Shown one piece after another: positions 1 through 9,025 of a stretch of 64,000 nucleotides of DNA. Numbering within the stretch: the stretch's first letter is position 1; the number at the start of each line of letters is the position of its first letter. The translations under genes and the position numbers were made by a program. The notes under the pieces were generated by a model that worked only from the letters and a program-made list of their open reading frames with translations, was not told the origin of the DNA and did no database searches. Source of the DNA: Berkelbacteria bacterium GW2011_GWE1_39_12 (GTDB taxonomy: Bacteria; Patescibacteriota; UBA1384; UBA12157); assembly GCA_001029735.1 (NCBI GenBank), contig CP011213.1:140087-204086 (forward strand), written 5' to 3'.

Positions 1-179
1 GATTGAAGTCCGATGATCCTGAAGAGTCGGTCAATAACCATGCTTAAAATCATGCCGATGATCCAGCCAATAATTAAAATAATTAATGCGCCGATCAAGC
101 TAGGCAAGAAATTGACAAATCGATCCCAAATATTGAGCCAGCTATCCCCGGCTGTGGTTGCCCAATCACTAATTACCAT
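1..179 (-). CDS. CmpX-like / TM-helix-repeat (mechanosensitive-channel-related) membrane protein, truncated by window start
   Basis: Own translation MVISDWATTAGDSWLNIWDRFVNFLPSLIGALIILIIGWII...; FLPxLIGALIILIIGW is typical of the family; SD AGAGGTG upstream; TTGACT-16-TATAAT at 281..254. Confidence 0.75.
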   Translation of the reverse strand, partial: MVISDWATTAGDSWLNIWDRFVNFLPSLIGALIILIIGWIIGMILSMVIDRLFRIIGLQ

Positions 180-371
180 TTGTCACCTCTTAAAAAAATG
201 ATTAATACACGGATAGATCGACCATCCTATCCACACCTTCAAAATACAAGTAAATTATATAAATTTCAATGTGAAAGTCAACCCCCGATGAGTAATGATT
301 TTGTTTAATCTAATAATAAACTGGTTTCACTGCTTTCATGCTTTCGATTTTACTTTAAAAAAATAGATTTT

Positions 372-2444
372 TTACTTCGCTTTTACGATAAAACTAGTTT
401 TAAATTGCGCACCCTGAACTAAATTTGCAACGCTCCAGGTAATAGTGTTTGTATCTGCGCTATAATTGCCATTATCAGCGGCTGATACAAAAACCACATT
501 ATTATTTAAAGGCATTTTTATCAAAATATTGGAAATATTATAAGCTTTTATATTGTTAAACGTAATATTATAAGAAATTTCTCCACCAGGTGTAACTACC
601 TGTCGATCAGCCGCTAAAGACATCTCAACCACTGGCCATCTGCCAGCTAATTTAAATTGATTGGCTACCGCCGCCAGATCTTTATAACCAATGTCAGGAT
701 CGTCACTCCAAGAAGTATACATGAAACCATCGACGCCATTAAAATCAGTGTCATCAGTTTCGAGCTTATTAAGCGTATTTGCTGCATTGGTAATCGTTTG
801 CATATTATCGTAATAACCGGCAAATATTTGCTTGAATCCCTTATCGTGAAAGAACTTTAAACTATTATAGGAAGGTGAATTACCACTAGAATCAAGTGGT
901 GCTTGCGAACCCTGCCAGTTCATTATTATTGTATTATGATCAAGCCCCAACCATGAATTTGCCATTGATCCATTTACGGTATAGTAAGGGTCTATGGCAT
1001 TGTGATACGGGTCATACATATCGTTCCAGATGTAGAGTTGATAGTTAGGATTTATTTTCTTTAAAATTGACTGGACTTTACTCGTTGTATTGGCAATATA
1101 TTCTCCTGCAGTTGGAACATGCCCAAGATTGAGGTAGCTATTACATCCTGGATCCCAATTGGCTACTCTCCACTCGTCAAAAGAAAGCATCATGCCTTTT
1201 GGTTGGTGGAAAAGATTATCGAGGTTATGTCCAATTTTGTCATAGATATCAAAAGTTTTATCTAAGCAAGCTGAAGCAGGTGGGTAACCATTTGTGTCTG
1301 CCTTCTGAAACCAAGAAACTTTCAAGTGATCCCCCGTCTTAATTGTCGAGCCACTTAAGATGGTAATTAGCCCAGTAGATTTATCGATATTATAATCGAT
1401 GTCTGCGACATACGACTTCGTTTTCCCCAAGTTATTAACGACTATTGGTGATGATGGCCGTTCGATTATAGGCAAAGTAATACCAACTTCGCGGCTAGCA
1501 ACATCGTCAATCCAAATTTTATCACTGCCTATTGGATCAGCCGTAGCATCGCTTTTGAGATCAAAATATAAACCTAAGGAAGTGTTATCGAGAGTATTAA
1601 AGATTAATTTGTACTGAACCCATTCTTGAGTTGGTAAAATTTTCGGACTACTGCCATTTTTTTCTAAGATTTTGATTGGTTTAGAAAAGTTTGCCCCATA
1701 CAAGGTTATATGAAAATCTGATAAATTTGTGACATTCTCCGTTTTAATCCAATAGGTTAGCTCGTAAGCGGAAAATGCTTTAAGATCGGTCAACTTCTGG
1801 TTTACTCTGCGGTAACTCTCTGTCGCTTGCGGATTTGGGTATTGAAATTTAACCGAATTTTGCCCGCTATGACTCGTCTTGGTATCCAAAAACTCTATTG
1901 TCCCACGATTATCAAGTAACCACTCCGGCGGAGCATTTAAATCGGTTGGCGATGGGGCTTCTTCAAAACCAGGATTTTTTACTAAATTAGTACTGTTATT
2001 TGATACGCTTGTTGATCCACCGCTATTTACAATGTAATCTGTATCATACACGGGAAATAACTCCGCCGTTGTAGAATCGACAAAGTATGGGTCGGTCTGG
2101 TTAAATTTTGCTGGGATCAGCTCCAGACCTAACCTTTTGGCCTCATTATAAACTTGCTCAAAACGACCTATATAACCTATAGTATATTGAACAGTTAGAT
2201 AAGCTCCCCCTTTATCCGCTAAAACTATACCAGTATAACCATTTTCAGCCGCCGAATTCATGACTTTCTTCAAATTATCAACGTCTGTTTGACTACTTAA
2301 AGCAGAACGATAGTACACTAATCGCTTATTAAAAAAGTTTCTTTTCACACTACTTTGAGCATTAGTAGTTCCTGGGGAACTAGAAAATAATAAAATAAAA
2401 AGAAAGAGGAAAATTACCGTTAAATTTTTTATTTTTTTAGTCAG
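372..2444 (-). CDS. Membrane-anchored glycan-active protein: CBM4/9-like module, glycoside-hydrolase-like domain, C-terminal DUF11 Ig-like domain
   Basis: NLVKNPGFE CBM-like motif, SFDEW acidic pair, WNDM motif, C-terminal ADRQVVTPGGEISYNITF...ITWSV. Track ORF starts at GTG 2348 but the frame stays open through a signal anchor; start placed tentatively at CTG 2444. Confidence 0.65.
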   Translation of the reverse strand: MTKKIKNLTVIFLFLFILLFSSSPGTTNAQSSVKRNFFNKRLVYYRSALSSQTDVDNLKKVMNSAAENGYTGIVLADKGGAYLTVQYTIGYIGRFEQVYNEAKRLGLELIPAKFNQTDPYFVDSTTAELFPVYDTDYIVNSGGSTSVSNNSTNLVKNPGFEEAPSPTDLNAPPEWLLDNRGTIEFLDTKTSHSGQNSVKFQYPNPQATESYRRVNQKLTDLKAFSAYELTYWIKTENVTNLSDFHITLYGANFSKPIKILEKNGSSPKILPTQEWVQYKLIFNTLDNTSLGLYFDLKSDATADPIGSDKIWIDDVASREVGITLPIIERPSSPIVVNNLGKTKSYVADIDYNIDKSTGLITILSGSTIKTGDHLKVSWFQKADTNGYPPASACLDKTFDIYDKIGHNLDNLFHQPKGMMLSFDEWRVANWDPGCNSYLNLGHVPTAGEYIANTTSKVQSILKKINPNYQLYIWNDMYDPYHNAIDPYYTVNGSMANSWLGLDHNTIIMNWQGSQAPLDSSGNSPSYNSLKFFHDKGFKQIFAGYYDNMQTITNAANTLNKLETDDTDFNGVDGFMYTSWSDDPDIGYKDLAAVANQFKLAGRWPVVEMSLAADRQVVTPGGEISYNITFNNIKAYNISNILIKMPLNNNVVFVSAADNGNYSADTNTITWSVANLVQGAQFKTSFIVKAK

Positions 2445-2566
2445 TTTACCCTTTTTGTTTTTAGAACATTTCGATAATTAATATATCAATTGCTATCCTT
2501 AGTATATCGCGACTATAACAAATCGACAATCAAAAATATCATCCAAAAGAGGGATGACATAAAAAC

Positions 2567-2641
2567 TGGTGGACCCGCGCGGATTTGAACCGCGGACCTT
2601 CTCCTTGCAAAGGAGTTGCTCTACCGCTGAGCTACGGGCCC
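2567..2641 (-). tRNA. tRNA-Ala(UGC)
   Basis: Reverse complement GGGCCCGTAGCTCAGCGGTAGAGC-ACTCC TTTGCAA GGAGA-GGTTCAAATCC...CCACCA; G3:U70 pair; encoded CCA. Confidence 0.95.
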
Positions 2642-2664
2642 CTAAATTTTTTAAAACAGTGATA

Positions 2665-2865
2665 TTAACCGACTAACCAGACTGTCGCAATCACAATCAA
2701 TAGTATAGCAAATAAAACCCAAAATGTATAGGTTCCGCCTGGTCCTAAATATCTTTCAGCCATTTCGTTTTTGCCAACCATGCGGACAACTCTCTCTTTA
2801 TACTTCATGATTAAAATTGCCCCGCCAAGGACGGCAATCCAGACTAAGATTTTGACAAATACCAT
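2665..2865 (-). CDS. Small two-TM membrane protein
   Basis: 66 aa, two hydrophobic helices around AERYLGPGGTY; SD AGGAGG upstream; overlaps the end of the upstream gene. Confidence 0.75.
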   Translation of the reverse strand: MVFVKILVWIAVLGGAILIMKYKERVVRMVGKNEMAERYLGPGGTYTFWVLFAILLIVIATVWLVG

Positions 2866-3296
2866 ACTAAACCTCCTGTTAGAATTAATGTGGTTAATAG
2901 GCCCAAATACCAGTGATCCGGTGAAATATTATAATGAAACCATTCGTGCGTAGAATGCAATTGGGTAAAAAATGGAACTCCCTTTTTCCAGAAATTAAGG
3001 TTATCTAATACATCCACCAAAATTGCGCTAAAACCACCAAACATCATCAGCTTGAACTTTGGCTCCTTATGAAACACTTTATAATAGACAAGGGCTAAAA
3101 TAATGGCCTCACCCAAAACGATCGGATATACCCAAATAGGCTGATAATTTAATGGACGCGTAAAAGTGCCGACATCTAAATGAGGAATTGCATCAAGTAA
3201 AAAATGAGAAGCAACTCCGATAAAAAAGATTGCCCAAGGATTTTTTAGATTCTTAGCAACCACTGTTCCAGTTAAGAGATGTGGTGTTATTGTCAT
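2844..3296 (-). CDS. Membrane protein, YdjM-like putative metal-dependent hydrolase
   Basis: TPHLLTG and SHFLLDAIPH His/Asp motifs in TM helices; extended -10 six nt before the ATG. Confidence 0.65.
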   Translation of the reverse strand: MTITPHLLTGTVVAKNLKNPWAIFFIGVASHFLLDAIPHLDVGTFTRPLNYQPIWVYPIVLGEAIILALVYYKVFHKEPKFKLMMFGGFSAILVDVLDNLNFWKKGVPFFTQLHSTHEWFHYNISPDHWYLGLLTTLILTGGLVWYLSKS

Positions 3297-3326
3297 AATA
3301 ACATTATAGCAATTAATTAGACGTTA

Positions 3327-3355
3327 TTGAAAACACGGAGGAAATATGTTAAGAT
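3327..3355 (+). promoter_or_regulatory. sigma70-type promoter of the tRNA-Ile locus
   Basis: TTGAAA-17 nt-TAAGAT with TG extension, about 20 nt before the outer tRNA 5' half. Confidence 0.7.
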
Positions 3356-3375
3356 TTAGGAAGCAAAAAATTTTT

Positions 3376-3430
3376 GGGCGATTAGCTCAGTTGGTTAGAG
3401 TTAGTGCCAACTTACCGTTGGCGTCACTGA
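3376..3430 (+). pseudogene. Outer 5' half of a tRNA-Ile copy (acceptor 5' strand, D arm, anticodon 5' strand) with a hairpin insert
   Basis: 3376-3400 identical to tRNA nt 1-25 (GGGCGATTAGCTCAGTTGGTTAGAG); CGTCACTGA at 3422-3430 identical to the anticodon stem/loop start; 21 nt with a GCCAAC/GTTGGC stem lie between. Confidence 0.85.
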
Positions 3431-3569
3431 AAATTTACAACACTTTATTAATTCTCTGGTGGGCGCGGGCGATTAGCTCAGTTGGTTAGAGCACGTCACT
3501 GATAATGACGGGGTCGGTGGTTCGAGTCCACCATCGCCCACCAGAGAGCTAATAAGAATTGTAAATTTT
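3430..3569. repeat. Imperfect inverted repeat (~35 bp arms) flanking and overlapping the inner tRNA
   Basis: 3430-3465 AAAATTTACAACACTTTATTAATTCTCTGGTGGGCG vs reverse complement of 3535-3569 AAAATTTACAATTCTTATTAGCTCTCTGGTGGGCG. Confidence 0.9.
3467..3543 (+). tRNA. tRNA-Ile(GAU), intact
   Basis: 77 nt cloverleaf, anticodon arm CGTCA-CTGATAA-TGACG, GGTTCGAGTCC T arm, encoded CCA. Confidence 0.97.
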
Positions 3570-3577
3570 GCAACTTT

Positions 3578-3616
3578 ATGACGGGGTCGGTGGTTCGAGT
3601 CCACCATCGCCCACCA
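3578..3616 (+). pseudogene. Outer 3' half of a tRNA-Ile copy (A38 to CCA)
   Basis: ATGACGGGGTCGGTGGTTCGAGTCCACCATCGCCCACCA identical to 3505-3543. Confidence 0.9.
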
Positions 3617-3618
3617 AG

Positions 3619-3641
3619 AAAACAGCTTTTAGCTGTTTTTT
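3619..3641 (+). terminator. Intrinsic terminator of the tRNA-Ile transcript
   Basis: AAAACAGC-TTTTA-GCTGTTTT plus T tract. Confidence 0.75.
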
Positions 3642-3671
3642 GTTTTGAAAAAATAATTTATATTAGAAGTA

Positions 3672-4148
3672 ATGAAAAAAGTTTATTCGATTTTTTATTT
3701 TTTTCTTATCTTGGCGGCGATTATTTTGATCGCAATATATTTTAGAACTCGAGCGGTTGATCGGAATATCCAAACTGTTTCTATTATGGGTAAAGAGTTT
3801 AAAATTGAATTAGCTAAAAGTTCCTCCGAACATGAAAAAGGACTAATGGACAGAACGCATTTAGATGGAGATGCCGGCATGCTTTTTGTCTTTAAAAAAA
3901 CAGAAATTCAGACTTTTTGGATGAAAAACACTTTGATTCCGTTGGACATTATCTGGATTGATGATGGCAAAATTGTAGACATAAAAACTTTGCAACCCGC
4001 CGGGCAGAGCCCTCTGGGCGGCGCCCCATCAGATAATATTCCTCAATATAAGTCCAAAGCCAAGGCCAATTTCGTACTAGAAATAAACGCGGGACTAGCC
4101 GAAAAATATGGTTTTAAAGTCGGCGACGAAGTTAAGTTTAATTACTAG
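3672..4148 (+). CDS. DUF192 family protein
   Basis: KGLMDR, GMLFVF, FWMKNTLIPLDIIWI, VLEINAG motifs; N-terminal TM. Confidence 0.92.
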   Translation: MKKVYSIFYFFLILAAIILIAIYFRTRAVDRNIQTVSIMGKEFKIELAKSSSEHEKGLMDRTHLDGDAGMLFVFKKTEIQTFWMKNTLIPLDIIWIDDGKIVDIKTLQPAGQSPLGGAPSDNIPQYKSKAKANFVLEINAGLAEKYGFKVGDEVKFNY

Positions 4149-4170
4149 AAATCATCCCAAATTGGTTAGA

Positions 4171-4198
4171 TAGATTCCGGATCAAGTCCGGAATGACA
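4171..4198 (-). repeat. REP-like palindrome (TGTC/CGTC-tagged type)
   Basis: Minus strand TGTC-ATTCCGGA-CTTGA-TCCGGAAT-CTA. Confidence 0.6.
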
Positions 4199-4248
4199 TC
4201 AGTTATGCAAAAATACGCCAGAAACTAAGGCGTATTTTTGATTATTAG

Positions 4249-5061
4249 CTATTTAAAAGTTACAGTTTTTAATATTGAAGCAGCCTCTTTTACATCTGCC
4301 TGATTAAAATAATCTGCCATAGTCATTTTAAGATAACCGTCTTCATTCACAAAGCCACCGCTCAATTGAGACAAAGTTTTATCTACACCTTTATCACTAT
4401 ACATGGAGTAGAATATACCCTCAGGATTATCACCAGTCTTATAGGCTGCGGTAGTATTTAAACTTGGGCTCCACAATGCGATTTCTCGAGATTTAACCGT
4501 TGTGTTGTTTTGATCCCTTCGTTCAATCTGCACTAACTGAAGATTCGTAAAATTTGCATTTACCATGGAAAGCACATTGTAAAAAAATGTTTTTGGACAA
4601 TTTTCTCCAACATCGCATCCGCCGCCAAGACCATCTATATGTGTCGTGTACTTAATAATATAGTTATTTGGACTTGTAAGAGTAAAGTTTTCAAAAGGAC
4701 CAGTCAATCCGCTTCCCTTATAATCGTTAATAGTTTTATCTGTCGTAACCAATTTCCAAGTTGAAGGATATTGCAACGTTAACCCTTCATATTTTCCTGC
4801 ATAAGTTTTCCAATCGGCGGTGGCGGAAGTTGCCGTGGTTGTGGTAGTAGTTGTTGGAGTGGTTGTGGCGTTCGTAGTAGCCGGTGTGGTCGTTACAGTT
4901 GTCGTTGAAGCCGTTTTACCTGGACCAGAAAGATAATACCAGGCAAAATAACCTCCGGCGATTAAAACAACGATTATTAAAGTTATCCACAGCCATTTAC
5001 TAACGGCGGGCTGAGCCGGCTGCATCGGGCTTTGTTCGCCTGGAATTTGGGGCTGATTCAT
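4249..5061 (-). CDS. Membrane-anchored surface protein with Thr-rich linker and PsbP-like domain
   Basis: P/Q-rich N-terminus, TM, Thr tract, ADWKTY...LQYPSTW start and ILKTVTF end. Confidence 0.7.
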   Translation of the reverse strand: MNQPQIPGEQSPMQPAQPAVSKWLWITLIIVVLIAGGYFAWYYLSGPGKTASTTTVTTTPATTNATTTPTTTTTTTATSATADWKTYAGKYEGLTLQYPSTWKLVTTDKTINDYKGSGLTGPFENFTLTSPNNYIIKYTTHIDGLGGGCDVGENCPKTFFYNVLSMVNANFTNLQLVQIERRDQNNTTVKSREIALWSPSLNTTAAYKTGDNPEGIFYSMYSDKGVDKTLSQLSGGFVNEDGYLKMTMADYFNQADVKEAASILKTVTFK

Positions 5062-5120
5062 CGAAACTCCTTCAGCACGCTAAAGCGTGATCTACGTTAG
5101 AGAAAGCACTATTATCAATT

Positions 5121-7538
5121 CTATTTTATTTCTTCCAAACCAATTTGAACAGTCTGATGTTCGCCGATTTCGCCTGACAACATTTTTTTAGCTAAAAGAT
5201 TTTCCACTCTTTCTTGAATGACTCGACGCATTGGGCGAGCGCCGAATTGAGGATCGTAACCGATCTGAGAAAGTTTGGCCAAAGCATCTTCCGCAACTTC
5301 GACTGTAATATTTTTATCTTTTAATTGAATATTTAATTGATTAATCATAAGCTGGGCAACTTGCGCTGTTTGATCTTCGGTCAAAGGCTTAAAGACAATA
5401 ACGCCATCAAAACGGTTGATGAATTCAGGGGTAAAAACACCTTTTTGCTGTAAGTCTTCAATCAATAATTCTTTCAAACCATCGGCTTGATTAGCGGCCA
5501 CTTTTTCACGGATTAATTCTGAGCCTGCGTTCGACGTAGCGATAATAATTGAATTGGTAAAATCTAGAACTTTCCCTCGAGGATCCGTCATCCGCCCGTC
5601 TTCAAAGACTGAAAGAAATAAGTTTAAAATATTTTTATCAGCTTTTTCCAACTCATCTAACAAAATCAAAGAAAATGGTGATTCTTCGATAGCGACATTT
5701 AAAATTCCATTTGGATTATTGACTGTACCGATTAATCGATCCAGTGAATTAGCATCTTGATACTCACTCATGTCCAAACGAATCATTTGTTTTTCTGAAC
5801 CAAAGTAGCTTTCCGCCAATGCCTTAGCTGTTTCGGTTTTACCGACTCCAGTCGGTCCCATAAATAAGAAAACACCAACGGGCCTTTTACCTGATGTTAA
5901 GCCTGAACGTGCTCTTCTCAAGGCGTCAGCAACGGCAGTAATAGCATCCTCTTGCCCAATCACGCGCTGATGAAGAAAAGATTCCAAATTAAGCAATTTG
6001 TCTTTCTCTTCTTCTTTAACATCGCCAACCGGCACATGCGCTTTTTTAGAAATTAATTCGTCGATTTGTTTAGTCTGTAAAATAACAAAATTCGTTGAAG
6101 CAAAGGTGACTGCTGCTTCTTGCATCAAACGCAACGCTTTTTCCGGAAATGGGACTTCGTGCATATATCGATCAGAAAGTTTGATTATTTCTTTAAGTAC
6201 TTGGGCGGTAAAAATTGTCTTATATTTATACTCCAAAAGATTCAAGCCTTGCAGCATAATAGCGAAGGTATCTTCGGCGTTGGCCGGTTCGACGTCAATT
6301 TTTTCAAAACTTTCAGCCACTGAACTATTTGACTTAACCCGATCAAAATATTCATCAGGAGTAATTGATGCAATAACTTGAAGACCAGAACTTTGGAGAT
6401 ACGGCAAAATAAACTGGGAAGCATCAATCCCGCCGACCTCTTCCCTTCTATGTTCGTAACCACCTACTAAACTTTGGAAGTTATCGATATATAAAATAAG
6501 ATTACCGGCATTCACCGCATCCGAAAGCGCGCCATTAATTCTTGCTTCCAACTCACCCTGGGCTGCACCTGCCAATAAACTACCGACATCCAACTGCTTT
6601 ATTCTCTTGTAGTGCAAGGCAGAGACACTTTTCCCTTGTGCCATTTTCAAGGCCAAAGCGTTTACAATCGTTTTTTTGCCCACACCTGGCTCGCCAACCA
6701 ATAAAACATTATTCTTCCCAGGCTTGCTTAAAACAGTTTCCATTTCAGATATAATATCGCTATGTCCAAAAACCGCTAAATGTAGATGTGGGTCGGGAAA
6801 ATGTTTGCTTAAATCATAAGAATATCTGGACAAAACTGGCGAATAACCAAAAGACCAATCTTCACCCACGCCGGCAACCAAAGTGTCGTCTTCCCACGAC
6901 CGCTTCGGTTTTTCGTGCATCTTTCTTAACCAATCAAGTAAAGGCTTTATTTCTTTTTCGCTTACCGTAATATCTTTAAGAAACTCTTTGACTGGCTCTG
7001 AACTTTCAACAATTTGTAACATCAAATCTTCAAAAACAATTACTTCGGATTTAATTAATGAAATCAAATTAATTAATTGAGGCGAAAAAGCTGGTTTAAA
7101 ATTTTGCGGACTATTTTTAGACTTTGTTTCATACGAAACACCTAAACGCATCATCATCATTTTACCTTCGTCACAAAGTGAAGCCTTCTGAAAAACATAC
7201 TCTGGTTCAATCTGTTGAATATTTTCTTTTCTGGCCTCGTTAATTAATATTTCGAAATAATCGATGAGAGCTAGATCAAAGCGATTTACGGGGTTACTTT
7301 TGTCTAGGTGATAGATAGTGTACTTCTTTGCTAAGAGATAACTTTGCAAAGAAAGGGCGATGGCTAACAATATTTCACCATAACCAATATTCGTTAGATC
7401 TTGCTTAATAAAAATTAAGATTGCCAATATTATAATCACCAGATTAAAAAAACTGGCAAAGTAAAAAACGTTATCAGAAAAACCCTTTTTTATAAAATAA
7501 TTTCTTCTTTGTTCTGAGTTGAAGTATTCAAACGCCAT
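5121..7538 (-). CDS. Membrane-anchored ClpA/ClpB-family AAA+ ATPase
   Basis: Two N-terminal TMs; D1 GEPGVGKKT / YIDNFQ; D2 GPTGVGKTE, RLDMSEY, LLDELEKA, GARP. Confidence 0.9.
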   Translation of the reverse strand: MAFEYFNSEQRRNYFIKKGFSDNVFYFASFFNLVIIILAILIFIKQDLTNIGYGEILLAIALSLQSYLLAKKYTIYHLDKSNPVNRFDLALIDYFEILINEARKENIQQIEPEYVFQKASLCDEGKMMMMRLGVSYETKSKNSPQNFKPAFSPQLINLISLIKSEVIVFEDLMLQIVESSEPVKEFLKDITVSEKEIKPLLDWLRKMHEKPKRSWEDDTLVAGVGEDWSFGYSPVLSRYSYDLSKHFPDPHLHLAVFGHSDIISEMETVLSKPGKNNVLLVGEPGVGKKTIVNALALKMAQGKSVSALHYKRIKQLDVGSLLAGAAQGELEARINGALSDAVNAGNLILYIDNFQSLVGGYEHRREEVGGIDASQFILPYLQSSGLQVIASITPDEYFDRVKSNSSVAESFEKIDVEPANAEDTFAIMLQGLNLLEYKYKTIFTAQVLKEIIKLSDRYMHEVPFPEKALRLMQEAAVTFASTNFVILQTKQIDELISKKAHVPVGDVKEEEKDKLLNLESFLHQRVIGQEDAITAVADALRRARSGLTSGKRPVGVFLFMGPTGVGKTETAKALAESYFGSEKQMIRLDMSEYQDANSLDRLIGTVNNPNGILNVAIEESPFSLILLDELEKADKNILNLFLSVFEDGRMTDPRGKVLDFTNSIIIATSNAGSELIREKVAANQADGLKELLIEDLQQKGVFTPEFINRFDGVIVFKPLTEDQTAQVAQLMINQLNIQLKDKNITVEVAEDALAKLSQIGYDPQFGARPMRRVIQERVENLLAKKMLSGEIGEHQTVQIGLEEIK

Positions 7539-7902
7539 TTTGTATCGTCCTCATTCCAGAAATAATTAAAACTAAAATAATTGCCGGCATCAGCAGCCAA
7601 ACAATAAAGCCAATTGTCAGCAAGACAAAAACGATTGTGGTTAAAGCTAAACCAATCAAAATAGTAAAAATCCTGACAACAAAACCAATGCAACGAGAAA
7701 AAAGATTATCAACCATGGCTTTAAACCGTGCATCAAGGGAAGCGTTTTCTAAATAAACAACATCTTTTTTCCACGGATCAAAAAGAGTCCGTAACAAAAC
7801 GGCAATACTAAAAGAAGATAAAAATTTCTTTGTAATTATTTTAATCGAACGCCATAGATACAACGGTTCGTCGTAATACCACCAAGAAAAGTAGGTAATC
7901 AT
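7528..7902 (-). CDS. Membrane protein coupled to the Clp ATPase
   Basis: WWY...LLRTLFDPWK...SRCIGFVVR, long C-terminal hydrophobic segment; 11-nt overlap with the ATPase start. Confidence 0.8.
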   Translation of the reverse strand: MITYFSWWYYDEPLYLWRSIKIITKKFLSSFSIAVLLRTLFDPWKKDVVYLENASLDARFKAMVDNLFSRCIGFVVRIFTILIGLALTTIVFVLLTIGFIVWLLMPAIILVLIISGMRTIQNGV

Positions 7903-7948
7903 TGGTTCCCACTCCTTTAATATAAGTATAACAATTCTAGGACAAATT

Positions 7949-7979
7949 AAAAAGAGACCCGCAAGGGGGTCTCTTTTTT
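7949..7979 (-). terminator. Intrinsic terminator
   Basis: AAAAAGAGACCC...GGGTCTCTTTTT stem with A/T tracts on both sides. Confidence 0.8.
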
Positions 7980-8028
7980 AAGATACAGAGCTGCTCTATG
8001 GCTAGAAAGCGATAAGCCCTATAGCTGG

Positions 8029-8316
8029 CTAGAAAGCCTGCTCTATATCCATTTTTACTAAAGCTTTTTCTTCATGTCGCTCTCTATCATTTTTATCGAG
8101 CAGACGTAAATGATGCGCTTTAGCGATGATCCAGCTAACACGAAGATTAATTTCGCGCTGATCATCCAAACCTTGGATTGAGTCGATAACCCAAAGAATG
8201 TGGTTTACCTCATCACTGGAATTTTCTCGAGCCGTTGCAAACGGATATCGTCGCAATATCTCAGCCTCGATCACGCTACAAATGATGTTGTAATCTGTGT
8301 GGGTAGCATAGCCCAA
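8029..8316 (-). CDS. Hypothetical protein (orphan)
   Basis: 95 aa, TTG start after SD AAGGAGGG, terminator downstream. Confidence 0.6.
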   Translation of the reverse strand: MGYATHTDYNIICSVIEAEILRRYPFATARENSSDEVNHILWVIDSIQGLDDQREINLRVSWIIAKAHHLRLLDKNDRERHEEKALVKMDIEQAF

Positions 8317-8501
8317 CTATTCCCTCCTTTCTACCCCCAAATTTTTAGCGAACAAAAAAAGGCCGATTTGGTCTTTTTTCCTCCTGTTTGTTAATCACCG
8401 TTAACTGCCTGCTAGGCAGGGTTTTTTCGGCGCTTTATTAGCTTATTTTATATGGAAAACTTTGTCAAGCTGATCAGTTTAAAAAAATAAAAAGCGCCAG
8501 G

Positions 8502-8864
8502 TTAGGACTTGGCGCTGTCTCTTTTGAAAGTAAGATAGCCTTCGAAATATTTTTTGAGAGCTTCTCGGTATTCGTCTGTGTTACATGATCCGACATGATA
8601 CTCGTCGAACAACCAATGGATACCAAGTGATTTCATAGATTGTCGAGATAGATTAATCAAACAATCAAGGTCTCCATGGATATTGTCTCTGATATTTGCG
8701 ATTTTACGATCGCTGAGCTGAAGCCTACCAATCTTCTGGTCGAGTGTTTCGTATGAATTCTGCTTAGCACAGCAGATCATAAAGACTACTGTTAATCGAT
8801 CACTGGTATCCTGATCCGCAATTGCAAAAACAATCTTCCTTAAATCTTTTTCTGCAAGAGACAT
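8502..8864 (-). CDS. Hypothetical protein (orphan)
   Basis: Start re-placed at MSLAEK behind a G-rich SD. Confidence 0.55.
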   Translation of the reverse strand: MSLAEKDLRKIVFAIADQDTSDRLTVVFMICCAKQNSYETLDQKIGRLQLSDRKIANIRDNIHGDLDCLINLSRQSMKSLGIHWLFDEYHVGSCNTDEYREALKKYFEGYLTFKRDSAKS

Positions 8865-9025
8865 AGCAATCCCCCCTGGTACAAGCAATTTCGAATTAAG
8901 TTTAAAACAAATTGACGCAAAAGTCAAGACAGGCACAAAAACCTTTTGGCTTTGTAAACTCTTGATTTATCATAAAAACCAAAGTACAATAACGCCATAG
9001 GATTCGCACGACGAGGGGAGAATCA

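Noticed and set aside
13-201. Plus-strand 62-aa ORF
   Set aside because: Shadow of the minus-strand CmpX-like gene (1..179), which has an SD and promoter
3578-3616. tRNA 3' duplicate as attR of a prophage or genomic island
   Set aside because: Only 34 nt separate it from the tRNA, no integrase is present and the 5' half is duplicated too; a simple island scar does not explain it
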